From positions 25,546,001-25,610,000 of the forward strand of contig NC_045696.1 of the NCBI RefSeq assembly GCF_009834535.1: a stretch of 64,000 nt of DNA, read 5' to 3'. This stretch comes from Camelus ferus. Taxonomy: Eukaryota. The translations under genes and the position numbers were made by a program. A model generated the notes under the pieces. That model ran no database searches and had not been told where the DNA came from. It saw only the letters and a list, made by a program, of their open reading frames with translations. The stretch's first letter is position 1; the number at the start of each line of letters is the position of its first letter. This document shows positions 13,901-27,500 of this stretch, one piece after another.

Positions 13901-15415
13901 TTTGTAGGAGGTGATGGAGGGAGGGAAAGATAGAAGTAAAGTGCCAAATTGATATTAGTTATTAATAAATGCTCATCCCCGTAAAAGATTTGCTCAGCTT
14001 AAGAAGTAGGTACTTTGTAAAGTTGAGAGAAAGGTGAAAATTAATATTTTAAATCTCTCTGCAATTAGTTACATTATAAAACAGGATTCATGTTTCTACC
14101 AAAAATGCATGTATTAATTGAATTTCATGTAAAACTGAGAAGATACATCGGTTTATTGGATTCTTCACAGTGCCCTTAAAAGTTCTTTCATGGAAAGTTC
14201 CACCGGACGATAGTGTGTAGAGGAGGGGGTGGTGTATGAAACTAAGTCTGTAGAATAGTTTATGAGAATTTAGCCATTTCTCTAATACTAAGTTTAGTTC
14301 ATCTTGTATTAAGATTTGGGCAGATTGTCATAGATTGTGTTAAAACCGCCTCAACAAATGCTTCTCACTAGAATGCAAGATTAAGGTCAAACTTAGAGCC
14401 TTCAAATAAGCTAATCAGCATGAATTTTAAAAGTTTACACATAGCAAATACATTCCTTACTTCATAAGTGATTTTTAAAAATGGAACTTTGGCTCGGCTC
14501 CTTCCTTGATAAAGGATCTAAATCTGAGTGTCTTAGGCCATCCACCTTGTCCTAAAAAAAATATGAGCTTTAGAGCTCATTGAGCACTAGAAAGTGCTTT
14601 TCACATGATTAAAGATGATAATAAATGTGTTTTTAGATCAAGAAACAAAATGAGAGAACTCTTTAGTATTTCTCGTAAGACTTGTTACCTTTATCAGTTA
14701 CTTGTGTCAGCACCATATGCCTAGCACTAAAGAGAGCGCACTAAAACTATTGTTCTTTGTAAGAGTTTTTTGGGGTTTTTTTTAATTTTTATGAAATACA
14801 GTCATAGAAATCAAATTATCATGTTTGCCCACTTCTGCACTAGAAGTTAGGCATATTTATTAGCTATAACACAGCATTTCAAGCTGGCATTTGGATCATT
14901 TCAATAACTAATGTTTGTTTTATCAACAATGGTTTAATTTGACATGCTGCATAATGCATGTGCAATAACAGTGCCATGTTTGATGGATAAATGCCTAAGA
15001 AAAAAATTCAAATTGGCTAATAAATAAAATTGACTTTCGAGACCCCATTTATTTTAAGGAAGCATGTCATGGGTTATTAACTATACTAAATAATGGCTTG
15101 TTTATGTCTGTGCATAAATAATTTGAAATAAATCGGGGTGACATAGTTAGAAACTATCATACTTCACTTACTGCTGAATGTTGAAGAAGGCTCACTTTCT
15201 CAGCTCCTTACCACCAAACCTGGTATTTTTCAGAAACAATTTCTACTTGTGAACATGATTATGACCAAAATTCAACTTAAATTCCATATATAGATTTAAC
15301 ACCTATATATTTTTAAACATTAAGAATTTCTACCAATGTGGAATTAAACTAAAATTCTGATTCTAGATAGATGGTTCTTTGATTTCTTCACATATTACAA
15401 TTAACTGGGAGGGTT

Positions 15416-15446
15416 TTTGTTTGTTTGTTTGTTTGTTTGTTTGTTT
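15416..15446. repeat. (TTTG)n microsatellite
   Basis: About 7 units seen directly. Confidence 0.9.
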
Positions 15447-15449
15447 CTC

Positions 15450-15590
15450 ATTCTTAGAGATTCTGAATCAATTGGTTTAGGGTGGTTTTTTAGCTTTTTT
15501 TTACAAAATCAGTTGAGTTTTGTTTTGTTTTGTTTTTTAAACTTCTTAAGCAATTATAAATGGATAGCCAGGACTGAGAACCCCTGCTCT
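15450..15590. mobile_element. MER5-like hAT-Charlie fragment
   Basis: AGAGATTCTGAATCAATTGGTTTAGGG...GCCAGGACTGAGAACCCCTG resembles the MER5A/B terminus. Confidence 0.55.
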
Positions 15591-16699
15591 AACACAGGGT
15601 TCTAGCCTCTAATGCACCTTAATGTATTAGTCTTACCTGGGCAGTGAGGTCAAATGGTTTAATACTAGTAATTGTCCTGTTTAACAGTCTTCTGAGCATG
15701 CCTTTTAAACATGAAGTTCTAGGTGCTAGGGGAATGTCCAATGCCTTTGTTGTCAAGGAATTTGCATTACAGGAACACAAGTGACAATATTAAAAGGTGA
15801 AGTAAGATAATTGTCCCAAGAGAAGTACAAACAAAGGCTTTGTAAGATCATATCTGAGATGAACAAGGACCAAAACAGAGTTTTTGGAATAGGTAGAATT
15901 TAATCAACCTTGTCAATAAATGTGGATGCATGCTTTAAACCTGTTAGTGCCTTCATACCTCATAATGTCATAATAATCGACCTAAGTAAACCAAGCATTT
16001 TTACTTTACTTATAGCAAAAACAATAATTCTATGCATTTGCATTTTTATTTGCAGCATGCAGATAGGTTTATACATGTCATTTTTGAGACTTAAAACATA
16101 TGGGATATGCAATTCAGTATTCCTATTTTCGAATGAGGAAACAGGCTCAAAATGTAAATCAGTTGCCCAGTTTACAAAACTAGCAAGTGGAAGAGTTAAA
16201 TCTAAGATTAATCCTCCTGAGTTCTAAATTTTTCAGAAATTTTTCTATCACCTGGATATGAAGCTAAGAAGTTGCTGAGCTTGGGCTAAACTCCAGGTTT
16301 CTTAACACTGAACCACTTTCTTAGGATATGCTATGACCCATAAACATTTAATATACCATATTGTCAATAACTGTAGCTCAAAGTCTCTAAAAAATTCACT
16401 TTTCAAAAGGTAATTATAAACTGATACTCTAATTTTTAAAACATGGTACCAACAAATTCACTACCTTACTGCTTCACCAATTATAACCTTTCTTCTTTCT
16501 CTGGATGCAATTTGCAATCATACTTAATACCTGGATCTTGGGAAATTTCAAAATGTGAACCAGTTTAGAAGCTATAAAAGGCCAGAGAAGTGAGGGAGTT
16601 GAGTCCCAACTCTTGATATCTGCCTTGTGATAGTTCAGTTGTGTCCAACAAGTAGAAGCATCTTGCATGCATTATAAGCCATTGCAAATGCTATACAAA

Positions 16700-16830
16700 G
16701 AGTTGCTGGTGCACTGCAAAGTTAAGTTTTGATTTTTGGAACTTTCTGGAAAATTTTTTCGCATATTTTTGATCTGCAGCTGGTTGAATTCACAGATGCA
16801 GAAGAACCTACAGATATGGAGGGCCAACTG
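16700..16830 (+). mobile_element. MER2 (TcMar-Tigger) terminal fragment
   Basis: TTTTGGAACTTTCTGGAA...GGTTGAATTCACAGATGCAGAA...CAGATATGGAGGGCCAACTG matches the MER2 end. Confidence 0.8.
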
Positions 16831-19800
16831 TTTATGAGTAAAGACTGATAGATAAATCTAAAGACCACTTAACTTGCAAGAAGTGTGACAAATTAAGCCT
16901 CAAAGACATCTTAAAAAACTACTGGAGGAATGATTTTATCCTGTCTCTTTTCTTAATAAGGACTCATAACCTAGAGACAGGCAGAGTAAGCTGCTCGTCA
17001 CCTCTGTCACTAACAATTTGACCTTGAATGTGATACTAACTTTTAAAATAAGAGCAGGAATAGTATTAATAGCATAGATTTTTTTTGGAAGAATTAAGTG
17101 TGATAGCAGATGTAAAAGTACTACTCCATGCTTGGCATTTTATAAATGCTCACAAAATAGCTGCTTTTTTTTTTTTAAATTACTACTTATTATAATAAAG
17201 CTTAGTTATCTATAGGAATTTTCACAAACACTGCTTTATTAATTGAAGTATTGCAACACCTTTACACAATGAAAATTAAAACTGAAAAAATCACGAAATA
17301 AAGTCTTGGATAGATTTATGTAAAAATAATTACCTCATCTCTCCTTATACTATAAAATATATAGCTACTAGCATTTCTGACAGCTTTTAATATTTTAGTA
17401 TCTGATTCTTCATGCTCACTTGATGACTCTTATGACATAATGCTCCAATAGAAATAAAGTAGGTATGCTTTTTCACATGTATGTTCTTTTAAAATAATTA
17501 ACATTATTTAACCTAAGTATTTATCTTTATGTATTAGGTGTTGGCACCCACATTATATTATATTTAAATTGACTGACCCTAATAAAAAGTGAAGTTAGGA
17601 ATGTTTTCATTAGATGACTTTTCCAATGTAAATAAAATTAAATTATTTGGCACAAAACAGCAATAATTTGTTTTTACCTTTAACTATGCTGCTATATTAG
17701 TTGGATAGACCGATGGTAAAACCTATAGGAAAAACTATAGCAAGTTAACCCTCAGGACTAATTCAGCACAGTGATTCCCTTAACATCTGTTCCACTAAAA
17801 AGGAATCATTTTCAAGGGCCACTTGGAGAGTAAGAGATCAACTATCCCTGAGCATCTGTATTAAAAGAGAGTGAGGGAAAAGAGAAAGCAAAAATCTGCC
17901 TCTGGTCTTCAGACTGCTGTGTATCCTGATGAACTGCCATGGGGTGATTTCTCTTCTTCCTGCAAATTTTAAAAGAGATATTTGGTTTGTCTCGTCTTTG
18001 TTTTGTTTCCTATCTGTTTTCCGCTTTGAGAGAACCACGAGTTGAGGTCATTCATGAGCACTATAGTATGTGGAGTACGTTCTTCTCAATAGACTAGGGA
18101 TGTTAAAGTTACTGTCTCACTCCAGCCTATTATCATTATAAAGTAACACACACCATTAGAGAGAGGCTTGGTGAAGGACATTATCATTATGTATTAGCAC
18201 ACACCATTAGACAGGAGTTTCAGCTGCTAATCCTACTGAGGAGGGTAGATTCATAACATCACAGCCCTCCTGGGTAATATAACTCAGAATTGTTAAATCA
18301 TTCGGCTGAGGTGAACTCAGATCCCATGATTGGCACCTAACAACACTTTGAGCTCTCCGTGGTTATTTACTCTGTGAGAAACACTTCTCTTTTCTGATTC
18401 AGATAGAAGTCCTAGTGAAGCTCCTAAGGAATTTTATCTTACTTCAACCCAGGCAAAACTTACTTATACAGATTCAATTATAATAAAAATAATTATAATT
18501 ATCAGTGGTGCTCAGCTTAAGATTTGCAAATATAAAACATTTATAGTTAAGGAAATCGAACATTTAAATATGTCTGTGTGTAAAATTGTAACCAGTATGT
18601 AATGGGGGATTATAAATGAAGCTGAGTGAAGTTATCTAATCAACAAAGCAAAAGAACAATGCCATGTTTTATTTTAAAATCTTAGCAGAGGGTAATGTCA
18701 AAGTGATGTGTCTTTGTCCTACCAAATGTCAGAGTTATTTGTATATGATATGACTAGATGCCGTTTCTCCATGAGGATCCCTTTAATATGCTGTTTATTC
18801 TCATGAAACATTAATGTATGCTATGGATATTTGCCTGTGAAAAGGAAGAGCGATGAATTTTGCACTTCTCAAATGAAAATTAATCTTGAATGAGTTTAAC
18901 TTGCATCATTTGCACTTTCTATGGATAATGAAAACCCATTTGTAAATAAAAGGTTTATTGCAAAGCCGAAAAGAGTATGTTTGAAATTAAAGCTCTCATT
19001 TGAACCCTAGTCTAGGAGTTTGTAGTTGCTAGGTTTTTCATGGCCGAGGATATTTCTGCTCCTAATTCAGTATAGGAATATAAAAGTGAGAATAAAGGGA
19101 ACAAAACGTATCACTTAATTTTCTAATACCAACTTTTATTTGTTTGGTTTCATCTTTTTTTAAAAATGCCTCAACCATCAGTAGACACAAAGTTGTAAAA
19201 TAAAACATATTTTTTATGTGTATGTATTTATATAAATATTTATATACATTATGGTCAGTGGCAAAATTTATGGCTTGTAAATTAGCTTATGAATACCAAA
19301 GCTTAGAGACCAGTCCTATTCTTATATTATACATAGAAAATAACAAAATACTGGTCCTGGGTGCATACTAACTGTAGGAATAAACTAGTCACTGAATTAA
19401 CTATTAGAATATTCTCTACAGAGGCAAATGCAAACCCAAATCATTTCAAATGTTGTTTCACATTTTAGATATATTCAGAAAAATCCCTATTATCGGTTAC
19501 CTTAGGTGTAAGAATGAACATGGTAAAATCACCTGTGTTCTCAGGTGGCTTTGTTGTGATTTTTAGCCCCTGAAAGGTCACTGGGTGAGGAAGGTGAGAG
19601 ATATCAAAATACTCATTGTGCCAGAAGGAAGTCTACCACCATCCTCCACCCCCTCAAACATACACACACACACCTTTTTAGTGTATCTTCTGTTAGGCAA
19701 AAAAAAAAAAATCACTTAGGCTGATCCCTTTCCTTCATTTTTCATGTTTATATATACAAGAGGTTTGAAAACATGTCCTTCGATTGCTTCCCTTATACTG

Positions 19801-20084
19801 CATTGTGTATTTATTGTCTGTAAATAAGTATGGCTATGTGTACATATAGACCCCTCTTCTCAGCAGATAGATGTTTCATACACTTCAGTCTCCAAAGACC
19901 TCTCAAAAATGTACATTCATTGCATAATTGCATTCCACTTTTTATTAAATGCTGAGAATAGTTTTACCCAAATTCTTGCAAGAACTATGTAGTAAGAGGG
20001 TGGTAGGACCAATAATGGTGTCTAGCTCAGGTGATTCCAAGTAACTATGGGATTTTTTTTTTATCCTATTATATAGTTTCTTAG

Positions 20085-20325
20085 CTAATGCCTAAGAACT
20101 AACAGACAGAATTGCCTGAATTTATATCCTAACTTCACCACTTACTACGTATGGAACACTGGACAAATTCTCAACCTCTCTGAGCCCCAGGTTCCTCATT
20201 TGTAAAATAAAAATAGTATTAGTACCCACTTTGTATGGGTTGCTGTGAAGTTTAAATGAGTTAATATTTGTAAAGCACTTAGAACAATAGTGCCTGAAAA
20301 AAAAACAGGTGCCAAGTAAATATTG
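20085..20325 (+). mobile_element. MIR SINE, near full length
   Basis: AACCTCTCTGAGCCCCAGGTTCCTCATTTGTAAAAT...TAAATGAGTTAATATTTGTAAAGCACTTAGAACA. Confidence 0.85.
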
Positions 20326-23300
20326 TTACTGTTATACTGGCTTTAATTCTGAGGGATTTTTGTAAAGTAAAATCATTGTAAATCTACTTTATAAACTTGT
20401 TTTATTAAGTCAAAATGTGTATAAAGAAATCACTCCACAGGCTGGCAATGATGCATATTGAAATATAAAACAAAAATGCTAATTATGGTGAAATGCCTGT
20501 CTAATGATTACTCATACAGTACACCAGTTGACATCATCACAGGCTGTGTTTTCCACACTTAATTCCTTGCTTCTGGTTCAACACCCCCTTCTTCCTTCTT
20601 TATTATTCCGCCCATTAAAATCATTCATCCTTAGCCTTTTTAAGAGCCTATGCTAACCATTCCTTTTATCCTCCGAGCTTGCATCTTTCTCAGTGGAGAA
20701 AAGAGAGATTTTTAGGTGAGATCTATCAACAATTCTTTGCCCAATCACCTGTCACTTTATCTACACATACTCAAAAACAAGGATCCAGAAAGCTTGGCAT
20801 GCAAGAATCTTGACTATCTGGCCCAATTCTCTTTCTGGTTTCCTTCTCCATCATTTCCTTGATGCCCCTTTAGCTCCAGCCATCGAGCACTAACCATTCC
20901 CAAACTGTGTCATTCTCTTTCAAACCTCTGAAAACTGCACACATTGTTTCCTTGCCTAGAATGCCTATCTTGCCTGCCTATCAAGTTTCTATTTATGCTC
21001 ATTACAATATGGCTCCTATGCCGAAAGACTGTACTAGGAGGCTACGTGTGTTCTGGGCACCTGTCAATAAAGAAAATCATACCATTGACGCCCAGTCAGG
21101 TGCTGAGATCCTGATACCCTGTGACAGGCTCCCCTGATGCTGAGAGCCTGCTCCTGATTCACCCTTGCTGTGACATTACTGCCATGCTCCACAGATCCCT
21201 GCCACTTCACCTTTCCTCTCTCATTCCTCTGGTACTGTTCACTCTCTTCCCTGCAAAACCAGTGAAGCATCAACCCATGTACTGTCTGAAATCCTTCAGG
21301 CATAAAATAAAGTCACAGCCTTTTCTACTGTGATCCTCTACACTTGCAACTGAATAATAAAAACTCCAGCTTAAATACTTTTTCAATATGTACATTGATT
21401 AGGGCATTTTTACACATATAGTTGAGCGTACTGAGAGATACAAATTGCAAAAGAGACACTGCAGAAACAACTCACTTTAAGGCAGGTAAGAACAAAAGAG
21501 ATATATCACCAATATGCTCGATTTTGTTTTTGTCTGCTAAGGTGTTGGTGCACTAATGAATCTCATTGGTTCTAATTAGAGTAACCTTGGTGAAAATAGA
21601 TATTATTACTCTGCAAATCATGGATAAATTGCTGTTAAATAATTTGCATCCTGTTACATCATTATGTCATAGTATAGACAGAAACATTTAGGTCCAAGTC
21701 TCTAGTACTTATTAATGTACACCATTCATTTTGGCCTCACATAAAGATTTACATATTTTGCCTGCCTGACATATTTTGTCCAATCTATGCTCTGAAGTCT
21801 CTTTCCAGGTAATTACATATGACATGCTCTTCAGCCATAAACAGAAAATATTATATTTACATCTCCAAAATATAGGTTATTCAGAGGTCTGTAACTATAT
21901 AAATACTAGTTGTCATCTGAATTGATTACCCATTAGGTGCCAACTGTTTTAAAATGTATTGTTTGATTTAATTATTTCAGTCCTGAAAAGGAAACATCCT
22001 TATCCCTATGTTATGAAAGGGGAAAGTGAAGTAAAGGGAGGTTAAAGGAACTTTTAAGGTCATGCAATAGGGCTAAGTGACTGAAATTCTTTCTCAGTCC
22101 ATAATGATGGGGCCTCTCACTTAGTTTTTTAATTAGTGTACATTTATTACACTTTATTTATCAGTCAACTTTAATCAGTCAGCAATTATCTTTATATACT
22201 TTAATCAGGCAACAATTATCTACTGAGCACTTACACACCCAGGACTATGTAATGGGCTTTTGATTTAAAAAAAAAAATCATAAGACACAGGCTTTCTCCA
22301 TTAAAGACAAATGTGATGGATTCTCGCTCGAGAAGGACTATGGATATAGTTGGACAAAAAAGAGTTGCTAATTTATTTATTTCAACCATTACTTGAAACT
22401 ATTTTATGAGTTTTGATTGTACACATTATAAACTGTAATAAGCAACTTAAGATACAGGAACTGCTTACGTATAACATATAGTTATTAATTTTGTCTCAGG
22501 CCTAAGAACAGAACCTGGCAAGGGGTGCTTCTTTCCTCACCTGGCTCCCTTCCAGGTCAAAGCCCTGTACGGGTAAATCTGATTGATGGTACCAAGTCAT
22601 ATGGCTATATCTTAGCTTCCAAGGTGCCAGTGGAGCCAGGTTTTCTGCCTCCTTTCTTAACTTATAAACCTGGAAATTTCCCAACCATAGAAAGGACATT
22701 TTAAAAATGCTGACTACCCAGAAAGTATCGCAAATGTCCACTAGAAAGCCTTTGTAGAAAACTGTAGTATCTGGAAAATAAATTTTAAAAGATACTTGTT
22801 TGCTAGTCCAATCACCAAGAAAAATAAATAGTAAATGATATAAAGTGAAACATTTTTCAAGTTTACTAATGCAATACTAAATCATTTCTAATGCTACAGC
22901 TTCTAATCACCAGTTTATATTTATCTTCTCTCATCATAATCCACTTAATGAAGTTGCCTTAATCCATCTCCTTGCCTCATTTCTTTTCTAGTAAAATTAT
23001 ATAATTTGATCTATTAATTTTGGATATCCTAATTTGTCTACAAGATAGCAAAACAGCTGGTTCTAAAACACTAATTTTAATCAAAGTCTCCATTATGTAA
23101 TGGAATTTGATTTTTATTAAAAGAAATAATAAAGCTTTCAAACGAGTTTGTGTGTAGAAACCACGGCTTGCTTTATTTTACACTCATTTTTTATACTGCC
23201 TTCCATTTTGAAATATGTCTTGTGAAATATTTATATATAAAGAGTAGATAGAACGTACTCATTTGCTAGCTTGTTACGATATTAAGTAAGGTTCCGTTCC

Positions 23301-23466
23301 AAGCACCCGAGTTACTGCAGTAAACACAGCCAGAAATCCCTCTTCTCATGGAACATTCATGGAGTGTGAGAGAAACAATGGAGAAAAATACATTGAGGCA
23401 GATGGTATTAAACGTGATGGAGGAAAAAAAGTGTAAAGAAAGTATAGAAAATGTAGTGAGAAGAAG

Positions 23467-24532
23467 TGAAACTGAGTCCACAAAACCGTGTTCCTTTACC
23501 AAGTTTATGATTAATCTCCCCATACAAGCTTTATTCCTTTTCTTGTTTCCTCTGGCCTCAATCCTTTGCTAGTTGAACACGAATCAGCCAGAGTCAGTTG
23601 ACTAAAATTACTGTTCCATGACATCGTTAATGTACTAAAATTGCTATTACAGATATTATCATTACCTTGCAAACTCAGGTTGTTTCTCCAGGGCAAGACA
23701 AGCTAACCAACTCCCCTGCCGTGGAATACTTGGTGTGAGGATTGTAAACCAGAGACATCCTGACTCCTAAAAGTATGATTGTTACCCAGTCTAAACTCAT
23801 TCTGATCACTGCACGACAGGCCAATAAATCGGGAGACGAGGTGCTGAGGCAAGGAATAGAGACTTTATTTGGAAAGCCAGCTGACCGAGAAGATGGCAAA
23901 CTGATGTCCTCGAGAACCATCTTAACCCAAGTCAGAATTCAGGCTTCTTTTATACTAAAAAGGGGAGGGGGTGTGGTTGATTGTTGCAAACTTCTTGGTG
24001 TCAGAATCCTTTGTTCTTGGAATCCTTTGTTCTTGGCAGCTGTCCAGGTGTGTCAGGTCATGGTGCCCCTGTAAAACCTCCCACAAAACAAATGTTATTT
24101 TCTATTCTGCAACTTGTTATCTTTATATGAGTGCAAAAGTGCTAATATCCTTAAAGGTCAGAGCCTTGAGAATAGGCTGTCCTGCATACTTCAGGCTGCA
24201 GGCAACATTCTTTTACAAAACGTGCAGAACTAAGCCTAGAAAACAGGGTGTAAGGTTAAAGCCAAAGAAACAGATCTAATACGGAGTCAGATTTGTTCTT
24301 TTCTATTACATGATTAAGAAATGTCACAGAAAGGTCACAAGACGGTGATAATTCCCAGCTTCTTTATTATTCCCCTTTAAAAAGGTCCCTAACTCAAAGA
24401 CCAAGATGGAGCGGATCTGAGGCTTGTCTCCCATCCCTTTGCTTGACACCCTGCAATAAATGCTCTAGTTCTCTCACCAAAACCCAGTGTCAGTAGACTG
24501 GCTTTGCTGAACCTGAGTTAGGTACGGGAACA
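23467..24532 (+). mobile_element. Outer solo LTR (ERV1 class), about 531 bp excluding the insert
   Basis: TG (23467) ... CA (24532) termini with a 4-bp TSD GAAG at 23463-23466 and 24533-24536. AATAAA near 24455 is followed by U5-like AACCCAGTGTCAGTAGACTGGCTTTGCTG. Confidence 0.8.
23780..24310 (-). mobile_element. Inner solo LTR (ERV1 class), 531 bp
   Basis: TGT...ACA termini with a perfect 4-bp TSD TGAT (23776-23779, 24311-24314). Minus-strand TATAAAA (near 23950) and AATAAA (near 23867) are in U3-R order. Contains an internal 16-bp duplication GAATCCTTTGTTCTTG (24004-24035). Confidence 0.9.
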
Positions 24533-27500
24533 GAAGGTTTAAATAGGGTAGTTAGGAAAGGCCGTATTACTGAGGTGGCATTTGAGCAGAAAGTGAAGGG
24601 GCAAAGGGAACAAGCTGCGTGGACATTTGAAGAAAAGGCATTCCTGACAGAGCAAAGGCTCTGAAGCATCAGTATGCTGGACACATCCGAGGAGCAAGGA
24701 AGTCCATATGCTTGGAAAAGAATAAATAAGGGGGCTGTTATTTATAGGATCTGTGCTACTAGAGGAAGGTGGGGCTCAGATAATACAGACCTTTTATAAG
24801 CCAGTATAAAAACCGGTTCTCACTCAGAGTGAAATGGGAAGCCCTGGGAGGGTTTTGAGTAGAGGAAAAATAGAATTATTTTGGAAGGATCCATCTGTCT
24901 TTCATATATTCAAAAGACTGAGAGAAAAGGGCAAAGTTCAAGGCAGGCAATTAAACCAGTGAAATGATCTGGTTGAAAAATGGAGTTAGTGAGAAATACT
25001 TTAAATCATACATATTTTTCATATACAGCCAATATAGCTTGATGGTAGATCTGGGAGCAAAAAAAAAAAAAAAAAAAAAACCAAAAAACAAAGAAACACA
25101 ACTTTAAGAATTGGATGATTCCAAGGTTTCTGCTTTGAGTAACTAAAAGGATGGCGTCACCATTTATTGTAATGGGAACACTACTAGAAGAGTAGTTTTG
25201 AGGGAGAAATTCAGTAGTCTGTATTATATGTGTTAAGTCTAAAATACCCGCTAGATATTTAAGTGAAGATGTGACAGAAAATTGGATATAAAAATCTGGA
25301 GTTCTGGGGAGAGACCTGGGGAGATAAATAAACTGGAGAGTCTCAAGTATAAAGAGATATCTAGAAGCTGAGTCTGGATGAGGCTACCTGGTGAGTGAGG
25401 GTAGTCAGCAAAGCACAGAGTCTGAGAGATGAGTTCTGGGTTAGGAAAAGGAAGTGGGCTTAACAAAGGAGACTGCCAAAGAGGAAGCAAAAAAAAAAAA
25501 AAAAAAACCCAAAAACCCAGAGCAAGAAGAAAGTACTTCAGTATTTCATGGAGGGAGTGATCATGTGCAATGTAGCTGCAAAGTCACATGGCACAAATAA
25601 TAGCATGTATAGTTTAAATGATAATAATAATTATAAAATCAACACATCCACCCATCATCCAGCTCAGATAAAAGTACATTCTTTTCCATAACTTATTTTC
25701 TCTCAGACTCTTAAGGGACAATTTAATATGTTTCTATTTCAAGGAGCTGAAAAGGGCTCAAATAACTTCTAGAAGTAGTTGATGTATTTCCCATTTTATC
25801 AGTCTGAAAGTTCCTGTTTCTTCCAACTTTAAAAATGCATAGGTAAGCACCATTTGCTTGTTACCTCCTTCATCTTACTTAGTTTGCATTTCTCTTTTGA
25901 ATTTACTGACTCACATACCAAGGGGTTTAATTTGAGCCCCTCTGCACTGTAATTTAACCCTCTACATCTGGGTATCAGTCATTGAATTGCAAACCCTTCA
26001 TTTGAGCTTTGTAGCTCACCTCAAAGAGAAAATCTAAATGGATTGTGTCTAATAGTTCCAGAGCAAGAGTGTCCCACATATTCACGATGTAAGGGATAAA
26101 GATAACTACTTAGCCATGCCCCCAGATAGGCATATTATTCGTGTGTGAAAGCGACTGGCTTTAGCATGCAGATGACGGCTGCTAAGGAATTTCTCACATC
26201 AACTGTCATATCTTAGCAGTTCAAATTTATAAGAAGATGAAACAGCTCTCTAATCCCTTAAACTGTTAATACATAGCTAAGAATCCTTGTGCATAACTAA
26301 TAAAATTTACATTTTCTAAGCCTCAATTTCCTTGAAGGATTGTTTTATTTGATTTTTCAAAATAATGATAAGAAATATGTTAAGGTATAATAAACACTGA
26401 AGGACTGTATTTGGGAAGGAAGAGAAATGTAATAGGCGTGCAGTGTATAGATGAAGTGTATCTCAGGGGATGCCCACTTGTTTGCCTGTGTTAATTATTT
26501 CTGCAGTGGGAGTGTAGCAAATGGTGTCTCTGAACATGAAATTAATCCTTGTGTGGTTTAAGGGATATTTTTCCTTGCCTAATATTCTTTTCCGATGTGT
26601 GTGAATTTTGGCTGTAATCCTAAACTAAGTCTAGAAATATAAATGGATACCAAAAAATGGCAGGAATGATTGATGACTTTAAATTAGTTATTCTGAATAT
26701 ATTATGGCAGTGGTAGTTTTAAGTCCTTTGGGATAGGAAAAAAAGGTACTATATATTATGTGAGTTAATGTCAGTTAGAAGAAATAACGTTTTGGGGTTT
26801 AAAACTCAACCAAAAATGATTTCTAAACCTTAAATGAGTCCAAACAGAAAGTGTGCCTCTCCTGTTTGATATATAATTCTTTTATTCACTACAGATATCT
26901 TTTTGTGCTTTTCCATTTCTCAGCTAGTCCTTGTCAACTATTAAGATAAAAACATTAGTTTTTTCAAATTCAATTTTTAAAAAGCAAATCTGGTCTTACC
27001 AACTATGACATTTCAAGCCTCTTTGAAAAGAAAACATTTTTTCCCAACTGATCTAAAAAGTTGTATTTTATCTAAGATTTCTTTTTCTCTTTAAAAAAAT
27101 TGTGAAAATCTAGTCAATAGTTACTGTTTTCTTCCAGATGCTTTTATTGTATCTGTTCATGTCTAGAAATAGCTGATATGTGGGTCTTTTTGTTATTATT
27201 TCCCTTTAGTTTTCAATTTGTAATCCACAGGTTTCCCTCTATAAATAAAAAGCAGAACAATGTATATTTTAGGAGTTTTTGAAGTACAGACAATTAGTTA
27301 CAAATCCAACAAAATGAATATAAGTTGTTTTAGTTGGAGAAGCTTTCATTCTAGAACTTGTATATTGGTAATCACTCCAAATGTGTTCAAGGTATACAAA
27401 GTAGAGTGAATTTGGCAGAACTGATTATGTAACTGTATTGACTACACACATCATCCCTCATCTGAAATCCCTTGAAACCAACATCACACATTTGGAAAAG

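Larger units (their letters stand above)
23250..25580 (-). mobile_element. L2 element split by two nested LTRs
   Basis: Purine-rich antisense L2 motifs lie on both sides of the LTR block: CTCTTCTCATGGAACATT, GAGGTGGCATTTGAGCAGA, GGGAAGCCCTGGGAGGGTTTTGAGTAGAGG, GATGATTCCAAGGTTTCTG, TCTGGAGTTCTGGGGAGAGACCTGGG. Confidence 0.8.

Noticed and set aside
25056..25520. Two similar AGC(A)nCC(A)5C tracts about 430 bp apart
   Set aside because: These are low-complexity A-run expansions within one continuous L2, with no further shared sequence to support a duplication.
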